Source of the DNA: Octopus sinensis | Taxonomy: Eukaryota | Assembly (NCBI RefSeq): GCF_006345805.1 | Contig: NC_043005.1 | Location: forward strand, 66,154,001 to 66,218,000 | Reading direction: 5' to 3' | Length of the DNA stretch: 64,000 bases | In this document: positions 25,621 through 39,667 of the stretch, in pieces | Layout: each line of letters opens with the position of its first letter | Numbering within the stretch: position 1 is the first letter of the stretch | Made by a program: the position numbers and the translations under genes | Notes under the pieces: model-generated | Told to the model about the DNA's origin: nothing | Seen by the model: only the letters and a program-made list of their open reading frames with translations | Database searches by the model: none

Positions 25621-26387
25621 GTGCGATCTTTTGATTAGTATAGTACGATGCGATAAGACACGCACTCGTTCTATGTCAATCCTTTTACTGTTATCAGTCA
25701 ACTAATTAACCATTTAACCAATTAACTCTGTAAATAAGTCAGTGAATTAGGTTCGTCAGATACCTTTCGTTGCCATTCGCATAATTGTGTTACCAAATAA
25801 ATTATCACTCACAACTATGCTTTTCTCATTCCCAGAAAGTGTGAAAGATTAAAAGAACGTCTGTGGATTGACAGATTTGCAAGAACGTCGGAAAAATGTC
25901 TTGTAGTGTTTAGTTATGAATTGAAATTTCCACCCAATCGACATTACATGATATCATTCCGATGGCAAAGACAAAACAAAATAAAACAAAACAAAACAAA
26001 AAACAAACTAACAGAAAAAAACTGAGTCTGTCTAGTCGACTACACCCTATCACCCAATTTTGACGTTGTGCCAATGTTAGAAATCGACATTAGAGAACCG
26101 AAATATTAACGACAGAGACTTAAGTTAAAAAACAAAACAAAACAAAATACCATTTCCTTTAAGCGGATGTCCTGGACAAATAAAATAATACTGATAGCTT
26201 CAAGTAAATTTAGAAGCAGTCAGTTGTAATTAGTGCACACAAAACTATAAATGCGTTAGACGCACATATCAGTAAACGATTCTAGATGGTTGTTTAAGCC
26301 TGATAGAAATAACTGTCAAATTTATTGGCTTGCTCGATGCATAGTGAGCTGGTGCTAAGCAATAAGAGTAACCAATATATATGTATA

Positions 26388-27895
26388 TTGTTTTATTCTT
26401 TTACTGGTTTCAGTCATAAGCTGGGGCCATGCTAGAGCACCGCCTTTCGGTGTTTTCGGGTTTTCTTTCGGTATTGTTTTTGGTGAAGGAGCGAGTTGGA
26501 CGAATCTGCTCTTCTTTGCACCTCCTGCTGCGATGTGGGCTCGTCTGGGATTTCAGACAGAAATTTGTCCAGGTGCTTTTTAAACGTTTCCACATCTACA
26601 CCTTACAGATCCCTTAGGTTCCTTGGCAGGATGTTAAACAGATGTGGTTCCCTGAAACCCAAGCTGTTGCAATACTGGGTCGTTAACTGAGATGAAGACG
26701 GTATTTTTGGTATTATGCAGTGCTGTCTACTTCGGTGGATGGTACAGCTTTTAATTCCAAAGTTGGGAGCTAGACCTTTCAGGATCTTCCATATGTATAT
26801 TATTGCTTACCTTTCTCGCCTTATCTCCTGTGAATAGAGCTTTAGTTCTTCTAGCCTCTCCCAGTAGCTCACCTGTTTCCCCGAGTCAATCTTCTGTGTG
26901 TAGTGGGATTGACTCATCTGTTTCACCGAGTCAATTGTCTTTGTGTAGTGGCGCTGGATCATCTATTTCACCGAGTCAATTGTCTTTCTGTAGTGGCGCT
27001 GGATCATCTGTTTCACCGAGTCAATCTTCTGTGTAGTGGCGTTGGATCATCTGCTTCACCGAGTCAATTGTCTTTGTGTAGTGGCGCTGGATCATCTGTT
27101 TCACCGAGTCAATTGTCTTCGTGTAGTGGTGCTGGATCATCTGTTTCACCGAGTCAATCTTCTATGTGTAGTGGCGTTGGATCATCTGCTTCACCGAGTC
27201 AATTGTCTTTGTGTAGTGGCGCTGGATCATCTGTTTCACCGAGTCAATCTTATGTGTGTTGTGAGACTGACTTATCTGTTTCTCCGAGTCAATTGTCTTT
27301 GTGTAGTGGCGCTGGATCATCTGTTTCACCGAGTCGATCTTCTGTGTGTTGTGAGACTGACTCATCTGTTTCTCCGAGTCAATTGTCTTCGTGTGGTGGT
27401 GCTGGATCATCTGTTTCACCGAGTTAATCTTCTTTGTGTAGCGGCGCTAGATCATCTGTTTCTCCGAGTCAATTGTCTTTGTGTAGTGGTGCTGGATCAT
27501 CTGTTTTACCGACTCAATTGCCTTTGTGTAGTGGTGCTGGATCATGTGTTTCATCGAGGCAATCTTCTTTGTGTAGTGGTGCTGGATCATCTGTTTCACC
27601 AAGTCAATCTTCTATGTGAAGTGGAGCTGGATTGCCTCAAGTTCTACCACCACTCCGGTGCTCTGCGGCGACCACAGTTGTGAGCAGTAATCCTGACGAC
27701 CGAATACAGATGTCCTCCATAGGAGTAGCAAGGTATTGTCATTTCTGGTTCTGAATGATATAAGGATCCATTCAGCAACTCGCCTGCACAGTGTTGACAT
27801 CCTGGCAATATGTACGTGGAATGATGCCTCACTATTCATGTGGATTCTCAGTCACGCACCGATTCTAACTCTGGGAGTGCACTGCCCCCTGGTTA
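26388..27895 (-). mobile_element. 5'-truncated CR1/L2-group LINE (RT C-terminus + 3' tail)
   Basis: RIHMNSEASFHVHIARM..CRRVAEWILISFRTR..TLLLLWRTSV.GRQDYCSQLWSP...ELEAIQ.HFT, then the array, then MSYWERLEELKLYSQEIRRER*AIIYIWKILKGLAPNFGI..HCIIPKI..CNSLGF../HLFNILPRNLRDL*GVDVETFKKHLDKFLSEIPDEP. Confidence 0.9.
26870..27632. repeat. 45-bp minisatellite, 17 units, inside LINE ORF2
   Basis: GAGTC-type anchors at 26883, 26928, 26973, 27018, 27061 (one 43-bp unit), 27106 and then every 45 bp to 27601. The unit in LINE sense is ATCCAGCGCCACTACACAAAGACAATTGACTCGGTGAAACAGATG (IQRHYTKTIDSVKQM). Confidence 0.95.
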
Positions 27896-27911
27896 CTAAC
27901 CTTGCACGTGT

Positions 27912-28276
27912 TCAGATTTTCACGAATAATTCTGGGATAGTTGCTACATTAATTCCAGATTCTACCGTTATTGTCTTTATAGACAAATGACGGACTTCAT
28001 TGAGAAAATTGCGAATTTTCTCAATGAGCTCTGATACTCTGAAGTCCTGTTCTTTCTCACATCTTTCATCATCTCTCACTCTCTCTCCAATGTCCTTGAA
28101 CCTCTTGTGCCAGCAAAAAAGTTGATCCAGAAGCAGTCTGGAATATTTCATAAGTTTTTGTCTCGTTTTTGACCAGTTTAACACAGAAATTATAGCGAGC
28201 TTTAATTGGGTCTGATATGGCTGGTTGAAATGCTAATAGGTTGTGGAAAAGACAGTCAATTTCTCCCCGCTCTCTG
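27912..28276 (-). mobile_element. Mariner-type transposon 5' remnant (HTH region)
   Basis: LFCWHKRFKDIGERVRDDERC..SELIEKIRNFLNEVRHLSIKTITVESGINVATI matches mariner VF.WHKRFK.GRE.V.DD.R.G...DRR.TI..IA...GIS..T. A probable TA-flanked terminus lies at 28276. Confidence 0.8.
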
Positions 28277-28290
28277 TATGTTTAATCGGG

Positions 28291-28327
<37 letters not shown>

Positions 28328-28479
28328 TAATCTCATCCCAGATTGTTTTAAGGTTCAGATATTTAGCCCTTGACTATACGACATAATATTTTACCAAATG
28401 ATTTGCGAACGAGAACGAGAAATCTCCCTCTTTCCCCTTCTCTCTTCCGCCTCTCTCTCTCTCTCTCTCTACATATATG

Positions 28480-28778
28480 TTGTTGTATTTCGGGACGGTC
28501 ATTTTCTGTTTTTGCCAAATAAACACACGCACTAAATATTTGTTCTTCACTCGTTTGTTACTGTTCTTATTTTAACTCATGTCCATTGTCCGGAAATCTT
28601 TTGTCACACATCTGTGACCTCATCAGCAAAACTTTTCGTTTGCGTGCGCGCTCTTGCTTCTCTTACTCCACTCTGCTCTTCTAGAAGAAGAGTAATAAAC
28701 GATTGAAGAAAAAACCACATTGTGCTTGTGTTTATTTGGCAAAAAACAAGAAAAAATGACCATCCCGAAATACAACAA
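28480..28778. mobile_element. MITE with ~50-bp terminal inverted repeats
   Basis: The left TTGTTGTATTTCGGGACGGTCATTTT..TTTTTGCCAAATAAACAC pairs with the right GTGTTTATTTGGCAAAAA..AAAATGACCATCCCGAAATACAACAA. Confidence 0.85.
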
Positions 28779-30035
28779 TGTCTGTTTCAACACACGATTT
28801 CTCATCAGGAATCTTGCAACACAAATTGATAAATGTATCTAGATTTATACCTATTTGATTAAATTTACACAAGTAAGTATCTTAGTAACCAATATTTGAA
28901 TAAAATCATGTTGATACAAATATACGTACGTCAACATATTTTTATTGCATTCCGTTGTTATTTTCCTGAAACTTCTTTTGTATACCTCATAGCTCACCCA
29001 GTTTGTGGCACATACAATAGACTTGGGCTGTGCGCTCAATCAAAGCAACATTCTAAACAGAAATCAAAGTAATTCCGTGACAAAAATGAAAAAAAAAAAT
29101 CGATTTAGAGTTCCTAATTTCAGGAATTTCTGAAAACTAGAACTGACACACACGCAAAGTGAGCAATCAGACACGCAGGTGAGAAAAGCATCTCTGTTAG
29201 AGCTTCACGAAAAAGTAATTTTTAAACCGAATTACCTTATTGAAAAATATTTTTGTTTCAGTTTTGCTGACAGAAGACTTGTTTGGGAGCCACCACATTA
29301 CCTGGGGTAGAAGGAAAAAAAGTTCGACTTTTGACATTTCTGCTTATATATTTTTTATTAAATGACTATTTGTATTGTTATACGTGGTTAAAAAATGATT
29401 TCAGTTGTAGCAAGAATAGGTACATGCTACAGTGATGGCAGCAGTAGATTTAGTATGTAAATAAACAAACTTTCAAATACTTTTAAGTTGAAGAAACAAG
29501 TAAAAAAATTACCAAGAAAAAATTCAATCAACCGGACAGACAGTGCTTCAAGCTTATGCATAATTGTAAGATGGAAGTCTCAAAATGAATAGTGTCGGAG
29601 ATAACAATCTGAATGGAAAGAGCACTACTACGAACTGGTTGTACTGGTTACCCTAGCACCAAAAAACATTTCCTCATCTACTATCGTTATGGGTCAAAAT
29701 GTGCTGCTCGACGTAAGTTAGATAAAGGAATTGGTAATAAATAAGCTGACGAACGGAAACCTTCTTTTCTATCCGCCAATAAGTCCACTCTTCATCTTGT
29801 GAAAATAAGGGTGCAGGGGAAGCCGAAGGGAAGAGGAAAACTGTAGTAATGGAAGAAGAGAGTCCAACAGAGAAGGAAGGACAGCCCGATTTAAAAGCCT
29901 ATGAAAACGTGAGACGTCGACGATGATGTAACACAGATATGAGGAACAGCAATTCTGCCAGTCATCTCGTCTGATTCTTCGTCATAAAAACCAAACACAT
30001 GCTTCCAAATACCCTGCTCTGGCTCGAGCAGCTTG

Positions 30036-30258
<223 letters not shown>

Positions 30259-30510
30259 ACACTTATACACGTAATATATATGTATGTATATATCCCACCA
30301 CACATAGATATATGGAGAAAACCGGCTCGGATTCAATAATGGTTTGAAATCTTCATCCTTTATCATATGGCAGAACTCTGAAGTGGACATTATAAAATAC
30401 ATAATATATTTGATACCTTCCCACACCTCAGCTCTTGAGAAACATGCTAACTTTGAAATAATTGCCAATTTCAATATCACTAATATGGCACACGTAGCAT
30501 TCTCTTTCCT

Positions 30511-30541
<31 letters not shown>

Positions 30542-31194
30542 ACACACATACACACATACACACGCAACACACACAAACGACACACATACGACACACATAC
30601 CCCCACCACACTTTAGGGGGGTCTACATTTCATCTGAAATCAGCATCTCAGAAGTAAATATAATGGAATTATTTAAGCATGAATATTCTGAAGTAGAAGA
30701 TGGAATTCGTCAAATTTCATTTAAGCATTTCAGATTCAATGCTGGTGAGATATTATATCACTGATGTTACATAATATGTTATTATTCATTCGTTTCACCA
30801 TTATTTAATGCCCTCGTTTATTATACTAAAATATTAAATTTGGTACACGATTTTCACTGGAATTTTGAAGTTTAAGTTGTTGTTCGTGCAGCTCTAAATG
30901 GTCATTTCGAAGGCTACATACACGTGATCATCATATGTGGCATGATCGAGTCAGGAAAACTCGAGCAAATACGCTCCGATCCGATAAATTCGTTGCTCTT
31001 TAGCTTTAAGTCGGTCCAGATTGAATAGCAAAGGCATCTTTACCATGATCATTGGTTTCTTTTGAAGGCATAGTTCATCTCGGGCTACTTTGGCCAGTGG
31101 TAAAAAAATAGGTTGTCGTACGAGACAGATTCGGCAGATATTTCTAACAGGTTAAGCGACCGCATACAATCTCCTTCGGTGGATCAAGTTTCGT

Positions 31195-32145
31195 GGGTTT
31201 CTATAACGAGCTTATTGTCATTATATTTCGTGAGCCTTTTGTGTTACATTTAGTTAGCTTCTTGTGTTAACGTATATGAACTTCTAGTGTCTTATTTTCT
31301 GCGAGCTTTTTGCTTCATATCGTTAATGAGCTTACGGTATCAGATCTTGTGTCATGTGATTAAGTAATATTTTTTTATGTCATATCTTTAGTGAGCATCT
31401 TTTATCATATTTTTGGCCAGCCTCTTGTATCATAACTTGAACTTCTTGTGCCATATCTTTATTGAGGTTCTTGTGTCATATCTTTTGTGATATTTTTGTG
31501 TTACCTCTTGAGTCATATCTTAAGTGAACGTCTTGTGTCATATCTTTACCTAACGTCTTGTGTGATACCATGAATGAACTTGTGCTATGTCTTTAGTGAG
31601 ATTTTTGCGACATATTGTTAACGAGCGTATTGTGTTATATCTTTACTGAGCTTGTTGTGTCATATCTTGTGTCATATCGCGAGCTTATTGTGTTACATTT
31701 TGTGTCATATCTTTAGTGAGGTTATTATATCATATTTTATATCATATCGTTAGTGAGCTTATTGGGTCATATCTTGTGTCATATCTTTAGTGAGTCTATT
31801 GTGTCATATTTTGTGTCGTATGTTTAGTGAGCTTATTATGTCATATCTTTAGTGAGCTTATTGCGTCACATTTTGTGTCATATCGTTAGTGAGCTGAATG
31901 TGTCATGTCTTTAGTGAGATAATTGTGTCATATCGTAAGTGAGCTTACTGGGTCATATCGTTAGTGAGCTTACTGTGTCATATGCTTAGTGAGCTTATTG
32001 TGTCATGTCTTGTGTCATATCTTTAGTGAGCTTATTGTGTCATATCGTGAGCTTATTGTAACATATCCTGTGTCATATCTTTAGTATATATCTTGAATCA
32101 TACCATTAGTGAGTTTTTGTGTCGTATATTGTGCCATATCTTGTT
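31195..32145. repeat. Composite minisatellite of 25-bp and 12-bp units
   Basis: Units TGTCATATCTTTAGTGAGCTTATTG (25) and TGTCATATCTTG (12) are interleaved. They are best conserved at 31640-32080 and decay leftwards. Confidence 0.9.
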
Positions 32146-33602
32146 CTCAATTAGGGTTCATAAGAGATTGAACAAACGCAACTGTCAATTTTTTGCCCTT
32201 CATTTTCCTTATTTGGACTTTATTTAGAACCAATTATAATCTATTTCATTATAATCAATTTTCCCGTTTCATAACTATTTTTCCATGATAACTTAGCATA
32301 GATTTAAAAAGAACAATTGTTTCATTTTTCATTACTGGTTGGGTTTCATTACGCTTTCATAGAATCATTAAAGCATCGGACAAAATACTTTGCGGTATTT
32401 AGTTATACGTTCTGATTTCTAAGTTTAATTTCCACCGGTCAACTTTGATTTTCTGCCTTCTGGGGATCAATAAAATAAAATACCACTCAACTACTTTATG
32501 GATTTATATTTCTACAATGCATCCGAGATGTAAATATGATTATAAGAGAAGACAAAGACTTAAGAAGAAGACCATAATATTTAAATTATGTCACCTTTGC
32601 CCTTACATTTATGGTATTCATAAAATTGCATTACTGAAAAAAAAAATAAAGGAAAAAAAATGGTAAAATAAAAAGATATCAAGGATCTATTAAATTTCTG
32701 ATTCACTTCTGAAATAATTTTCCAGAAAAAAAAAAAAAAATAAAGCTTGTTTTTGATATTTATTTGTTTTCGTTTCTGTCTAGACAAAGTGTGCATTTTT
32801 CGTAAGGTGAATGAAAATAAAATCGATTTGCCGTTGTGTTTTGAACAACATGGCACCAAAATTCAATATTGTAAAGCATTTTGTTTCCGTTTCAGAAAAC
32901 CTGCCCAGCCTCTTGTATCATCATTTCAATTGTATTCGTCATATAAGACATGATCACTTATTTTGCTTCTGACTTGCTTAATCAAGAATGTTTTCTTCCG
33001 TTTATTGTTTATGATATTTCCTTGAAATTAAGTGAGAAAACATCATAATTCAAACTCTCCAAAGTTAGTTGATATCCAATTTCTGCATATAATATTTCTG
33101 ACATTTCCTAACCCTGTAGGAATCAACGTTTTCTCCCAATCGATGAAAGGCAAAGACATCCATTATTTTGCTTATTGATTATTTCCATAAAACCAGAAGT
33201 AATGAATGTGGGGCGCCATTTTTGACATCTCGTTCATAATAATAATAATAATAATAATAATAGTGATAACAGCAACAACAACAACAATAATAAAATAACG
33301 CATTTTCATTTATTTGCCACAAGGATCTATGACTACATACATGCATGCATACATAAATATTTAAGTGACAATCAAGAAAAGCTAAGATTTTCAGGCAAAG
33401 AAGAAGGCCAGCAAGCTCATACTTTATAAATACAATGTAAAAGTGGAATAGTAAAATATGCAAGTTCAACATATAACACTTATCGTTGGGCGTTATACAA
33501 ATTTGAGTGTTGGAGCTTTTGTATCTATGTTAGAAGCTGGCTTCTTCCGCTTTTTTCTTATTGTTTAGCCATTAGGGAAGCATGCATACGTATATTCTTT
33601 TA

Positions 33603-33925
33603 TTGTTTTACTTGTTTCAGTCATTTGACTGCAGCCTTGCTGGAGCACTGCGTTGAACGGATTTTAGTCAAACATCGATCCCAGAATATATTTCTTAAGC
33701 CTACTACTTATTTTATCAGTTGATTTTGCCGAACCGCTAAGTTACGGGGATGTAAAAACACTATCACCGGTTGTCAAACGTTGATGGAGCAGGGACAAAC
33801 ACAAAGATACACACACACACATACACACAGGACAAGCTTTTAGTCTACGTCTACCAAATCCACTCTTCAAGGCTTTGCACGGCACAATGCTTTAGTAGAA
33901 GACATTTTCCCAAGATACCACACAT
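33603..33925 (-). mobile_element. Older SINE of the 17599/21357 family
   Basis: TTGTTTCAGTCATTTGACTGCAGCCTTGCTGGAGCACTG...GCCGAACCGCTAAGTTACGGGGA...TCTACCAAATCCACTC. Confidence 0.8.
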
Positions 33926-34584
33926 TCGCCTAAATATATACGTTAATGTATTATGAACAGAGTTTATATAATATGTAAGGAAGTTCAAATATAATAATAC
34001 AAAAACGAAATACACAGTATATTATGACATTAAAACGCTGATGCAAATAATAAGGAACACACATACATTGTTGACACCACAAGAGTTTATAAACTTCAAG
34101 AGAACGTGAAATAATTCTTTTTTGTAACTATATATCCAACCACACAAATGCTATGAATAATAGCATTCATCAACCCAATATTTGTATTCTATAATTTATA
34201 GCATTTATGTGCTTCGAGATCTAGTTCCATATATATATATATATTTATATATAGTTGAAATTTATAGAAAAACAAAAGAAGATAGGTGTAGGAACAACAA
34301 GCAGGGGTATGAGTTTGATGCTCGGAAAAGTGAAAATGTATTTTATGTTTCGAGCCTAAGCTCTTCAACAGAAAGGAATAAGAGAAAATAAACAGAGAGA
34401 ATAAAAAAACTTGTGGATTTAGCGGTCGAACATGGCGACTGTGTGTATGTATGTATGTATGTATGTATGTATGTATGTTGTATGTATGTATGTATGTATG
34501 TTTGTATGTATGTATGTATGTATGTATGTATGTATGTATGTATGTATGTATGTATGTATGTGAGTATGTATATATATATATATA

Positions 34585-34772
34585 TATATGGATCAGAACA
34601 GTTTGATTCAAATTCCGTGCTACTTAAAGTTTCAAAGCCCCTAACGGAGTTTAGCGTCGGGTCAGTGGAAAATCGAATGAAAATAGAGGTGCATGAAGTC
34701 CAAGATGGCTACCGGTGGATGGGCTGCAATTGGTCAAGAAATGTCACGTGATGTCACAGCTTTGATACTAGT
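34585..34772 (-). mobile_element. Possible Helentron-like non-autonomous fragment
   Basis: The minus strand begins ACTAG and ends ..TGTTCTGATCC-(AT)n next to (CATA)n. It contains GTCACGTGAT and GCCATCTTGG. Resemblance only. Confidence 0.3.
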
Positions 34773-34776
34773 GATA

Positions 34777-34845
<69 letters not shown>

Positions 34846-36230
34846 ATTTATTTATTTATTCCAGTCATTGTAGTACCTTGAAGGTACTCGTCTATCAAAG
34901 TAGCCATAGCGCATATTTCTGCTTTTTCTATCGCTTCTTTTTTTAAGGAGGACATAGACAACGTTACACCGTGAGGTTCGAATATAAATACCCGCACGCA
35001 ATACTTATACGACAGGCTTCAACAGAGTTCCCGTCTACCAGATATAGTTCTACTCAGATACTTTCGGGTGTACAATAAGAATTACATTAAGTTTGAAAAA
35101 AAATACTTGTTTCTATATAGAATAAACCAATTTCATACTCTCAATGATGTGTTACAAAATAGTTAAAAACATTTATTTACTCGTTTCCTAATGTGTTACA
35201 ACATCACTCTTTCCATATTCTCAAAGTTCTATGAAAGATTGCACTGATAAACTGATCATAACTTTGATAATAATTTACATGAAAAAAAAAAGAGAAGTCA
35301 TTAAGAAATATCAAAAACAACTGATATTTATTGTCTTATTTTGTAACATTTGTAATATTTTGATATTTATTGTTGGCTTATTTTGTAATACTACCTATTG
35401 TGCGTGGGTTTCCATTTCATGAAAGGATTTTACGCATAGATTAAGTGCTTAGTAAAAAAAAAAATATATATTAAATCGCATGTAAACGTTTATTTCTACT
35501 TCAGTTTTATGGGGCTATAACGTTTATTAACATGCACACACACATACACACACACGCGTATAGATTAATTCATAATATAAATAAATAGTATATTGTTATG
35601 TGATAGCGTTACATTACATAATATTTTGTCACAGTGTTTGATAGAATCATTCTAGTCTTTCTAAAAATGTTTTGTGATTTTTAGTTACATCCGTTTGTGT
35701 TTCGATCTAAAACCCAACAAGAACCGATAAAGTTGTTTCTGTCAAGCATTTAATTAACATTCAACCGCCACAATACATAATTTGCATTCTTCAGTTTTTA
35801 TATCATATTATTTTATATCACATTATAATATGTGTATCCAGTATAAATAATACAGACCGTCAATAACGTGACCAGAAATTACCTGAAGAGTAAACAGTTT
35901 ATAGCTTGTCATTTAAGTCTGAATGCTCATTTAACTGGATGCAGTTTTCATAAAATAGCATAGTTATCCAACTTTAATACTAGGAACCTAATAAGTATTT
36001 CATTGACAAATTACGGCCGTAATCCATTCTGAGGAATTTGATCTCAGAACGTAAAGCCAGAAACATGCCGCAAAGCATTTTTCCCGCGTGCTGAAGAATT
36101 TGTCAGCTCGTTGCCTTAGCAATACGCAAAAGTGTTTACCTCTGTCCAATATAATTCAATTATTGTTATATACTGGTGTTATATTGCATCTATATCTCTA
36201 ATATAATGTAAGTTAATATTTATTTCACTA

Positions 36231-36590
36231 AGCAGAAAGCTGGCAGAAACGTTAGCGCGCCGGGTAAAATGCTCAGCGGTATTTCGTCTGTCGCTACGTT
36301 CTGAGTTCAAATTCCGCCGAGGTCGAGTTTGCCTTTCGGGGTCGATTAAATAAGTACCAGTTACGCACTGGGGTCGATGTAATCGACTTAATCCGTTTGT
36401 CTGTCCTTGTAGTCCCTTGTGGGTAGTAAAGAAATAGGTATTTCACCCATCCTTACATTCTGAGTTCAAACTTCACAGAGGTCGACTTTCGGAGTCGATA
36501 AAATAAGTACCCGTTAAGCACTGGGATCGTTGTAATCGACTTAACTCCAACATGAAATTACTGGCCTTGTGCCAAAATTTGCAACCAATA
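36231..36590 (+). mobile_element. Meta/MESC-type SINE dimer (young copy + headless older copy)
   Basis: Full unit to AAAGAAATAG (36436), then GTATTTC..TTCTGAGTTCAAA..GAGGTCGACTTT..GGCCTTGTGCCAAAATTTG. Confidence 0.85.
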
Positions 36591-37037
36591 TTTACTTTAC
36601 TATAAACTATGTTAGTTGTATTCACCAGAAGGCAAGAAGACCAACAATAGACTGCTCAAGCAGATGTCAGTTCAGTGAAAAGGTAAAAAAGACAAATAAG
36701 TGAATCTGGGGCAAACAGATGTTCCATCGAGCTGTTTTGCCCAGGGCATTGACAATTTCTTTTCGTTGCGTTCTTCCAGAATATCTCAGAATACATTAAC
36801 GTCTTCTCTGTTTATACTACGTCTGTATATAATTCTATTTCGGAATTGGTTCTCGAAATACTTAGAAGACTAAAAATAATTGCATGAAAAGATTGTGTTG
36901 AAAAATCCTTTCGAATCACTTTTTTTTTTATCTAAAAGGGTTTTGTTTTCAACATGCTATTATTTGTGACTTTATATGCATTTCGAGAACCAATTTCAAA
37001 AAAGAATTATTCCACATTCTCTCGAAAGTATGACGCC

Positions 37038-37750
<713 letters not shown>

Positions 37751-39667
37751 ATGTCTATGTATGCATATATACCTTCTCCTTTTAGTTGTCTGTTTTCTCT
37801 TTATCTAAGTTTGAGATTTAACGGTTTCAACAATTTTTCAGAATTTCCTTCTATTTTAAGTGATAAATTAAGATATTTAAGTTGGCAGAAACTATTGCCT
37901 GTTCAGGTTTGAGTACTGTCTATATTTATATTTAGAAATATCGCGTGATATAATGTACACCTCTTGTATTGACCTCTGATACCATCTTACATTTATTTTT
38001 CAAAAATATTTGTTTGTATCTCTCACATTCTACAAGACAAACCCAGATTCATTTTTAACGACTTCTTCTATACATTCATAGTCTGATATTTGTGAATTTT
38101 CAGGTTTTGATCATTTGACCTTGTTATAGACACAGTATATCTAAACTGGCTTGAGACGTACATGGTGTATTTCACAAAGCTAAAAATAATCTGCGTAAGA
38201 GGACTGTTCCTCATAGGAATACTGTGGCCATTTCTGAGATCTGTTCATGATTTTCAGTGGTAGTCTCTCGTGTGAAGAACCTCAGAAGACATATGTATTA
38301 ACCAATAAAATTGATTAACAGGGGTATCTTCTAAATCTCTTCACTAATATTGAAATAACAGTATTAAACTAGTCTTTTATTTTATCAACGTTGGAAAGAT
38401 AAAATGTTGAGCAAACCTCTGCGGAATTTGAACCCAGAACATCAAAGGTCGATGTTCTAAAGTTTTTATCAATGTACTTTCTATGAAGGGGAATATATTG
38501 TTGGTGTCTGCTATGCTTAGATCGGACAGTTTTAATTTATTAATTAAATTAAATTATGTGTCTAAATGCAATCAATAATTTTAATTTCTACATTTTCAAG
38601 AATTCAGTTAATAAAACAGTCCGTAATTTTTTGGCACAAATGTAAATTTTATCGACTCTGTATGCTTCCATTAGAGGTAACTTAAATACTTTGCGTAACA
38701 TTTGTTTATTTTTTGTAACATTGTATTTCCATATTTAGAGCCATCAGCTATGTAATTTTGAAAGAGGCACATTTGTAGAAGAATGTGTGTGAGGTGGGAA
38801 TAAATTATGTATTTGAGTGTTTACAGGCCTGGCCAAATAGGTAAAAATCTTCGCTTTGCAATCGAGGGAGCTCTGGTTTAATTTTATTTCACGGCATCTT
38901 TGGATAAACGCCATTTGATATATTCAAGAGTCAACCAAAGATGCAGGGAAATAAAACTGAGTCGAAGCCTATCGTATGGGCTATGCATATAATTCAAAGA
39001 ATCAGATTCGTCCTATACCGTGTCGCGACTAAGTCTGTAGAATAAGTTAAAGGTACAGATTGACCAGGGAACAACCACTACTCTATAATTCAATAAGTAG
39101 TACTCTTGGTCGTACATCGATAAATGATGTATTAGTTCATTATGTATCAGTTTGATACTGGGGCCGATAGGATCGACTAGCTCCTCCCCTCAAAATTGCA
39201 GGGTTTATTCTTAACTTAGACCATTCTATTTGTGTTGTACAATATTTTCTGAATTGTTTTAGTGGGACAGCTTTTAGAATTATAGATTTTATTCACAAAA
39301 TAAAATTAATGAATGGATACCTTCGAGGAAAATTAAGCTGTCTTGATACTTAATCATGTGTATTTAGTATGTTAATAATGATAGAAATTTAACAAGGAAT
39401 TCAAATGAAAGCATTTTAAGAATTTTTATGTAATTAATAATGTCAATAGATTTATAAAAAGTAACAAAAATAACAATACATATATAGTATGTATTGTTAT
39501 AACAGAATAAAAGTAATCGATATCAATGTTTTTCTTTTATACGAGACAATAGAAAAATGAACATCATTTATGAATTATATTGTACCTTGATAAGAAAGAA
39601 GAAACGCAAATATATTTATATAATAAAAAACAAAAAACTTAAGTGGATGAAAATAAAAATTTTACTT

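Noticed and set aside
26870-27632. CRISPR-like regular array
   Set aside because: The units are contiguous with no unique spacers, the context is eukaryotic, and the array derives from LINE ORF2.
26903-27683. 174-aa and 215-aa plus-strand repeat proteins (possible structural protein)
   Set aside because: They are antisense read-through of the LINE-derived 45-bp array; noted only as a by-product.
29747-29762. CTGACGAACGGAAAC hammerhead-like word
   Set aside because: There is no stem II or flanking stem pairing.
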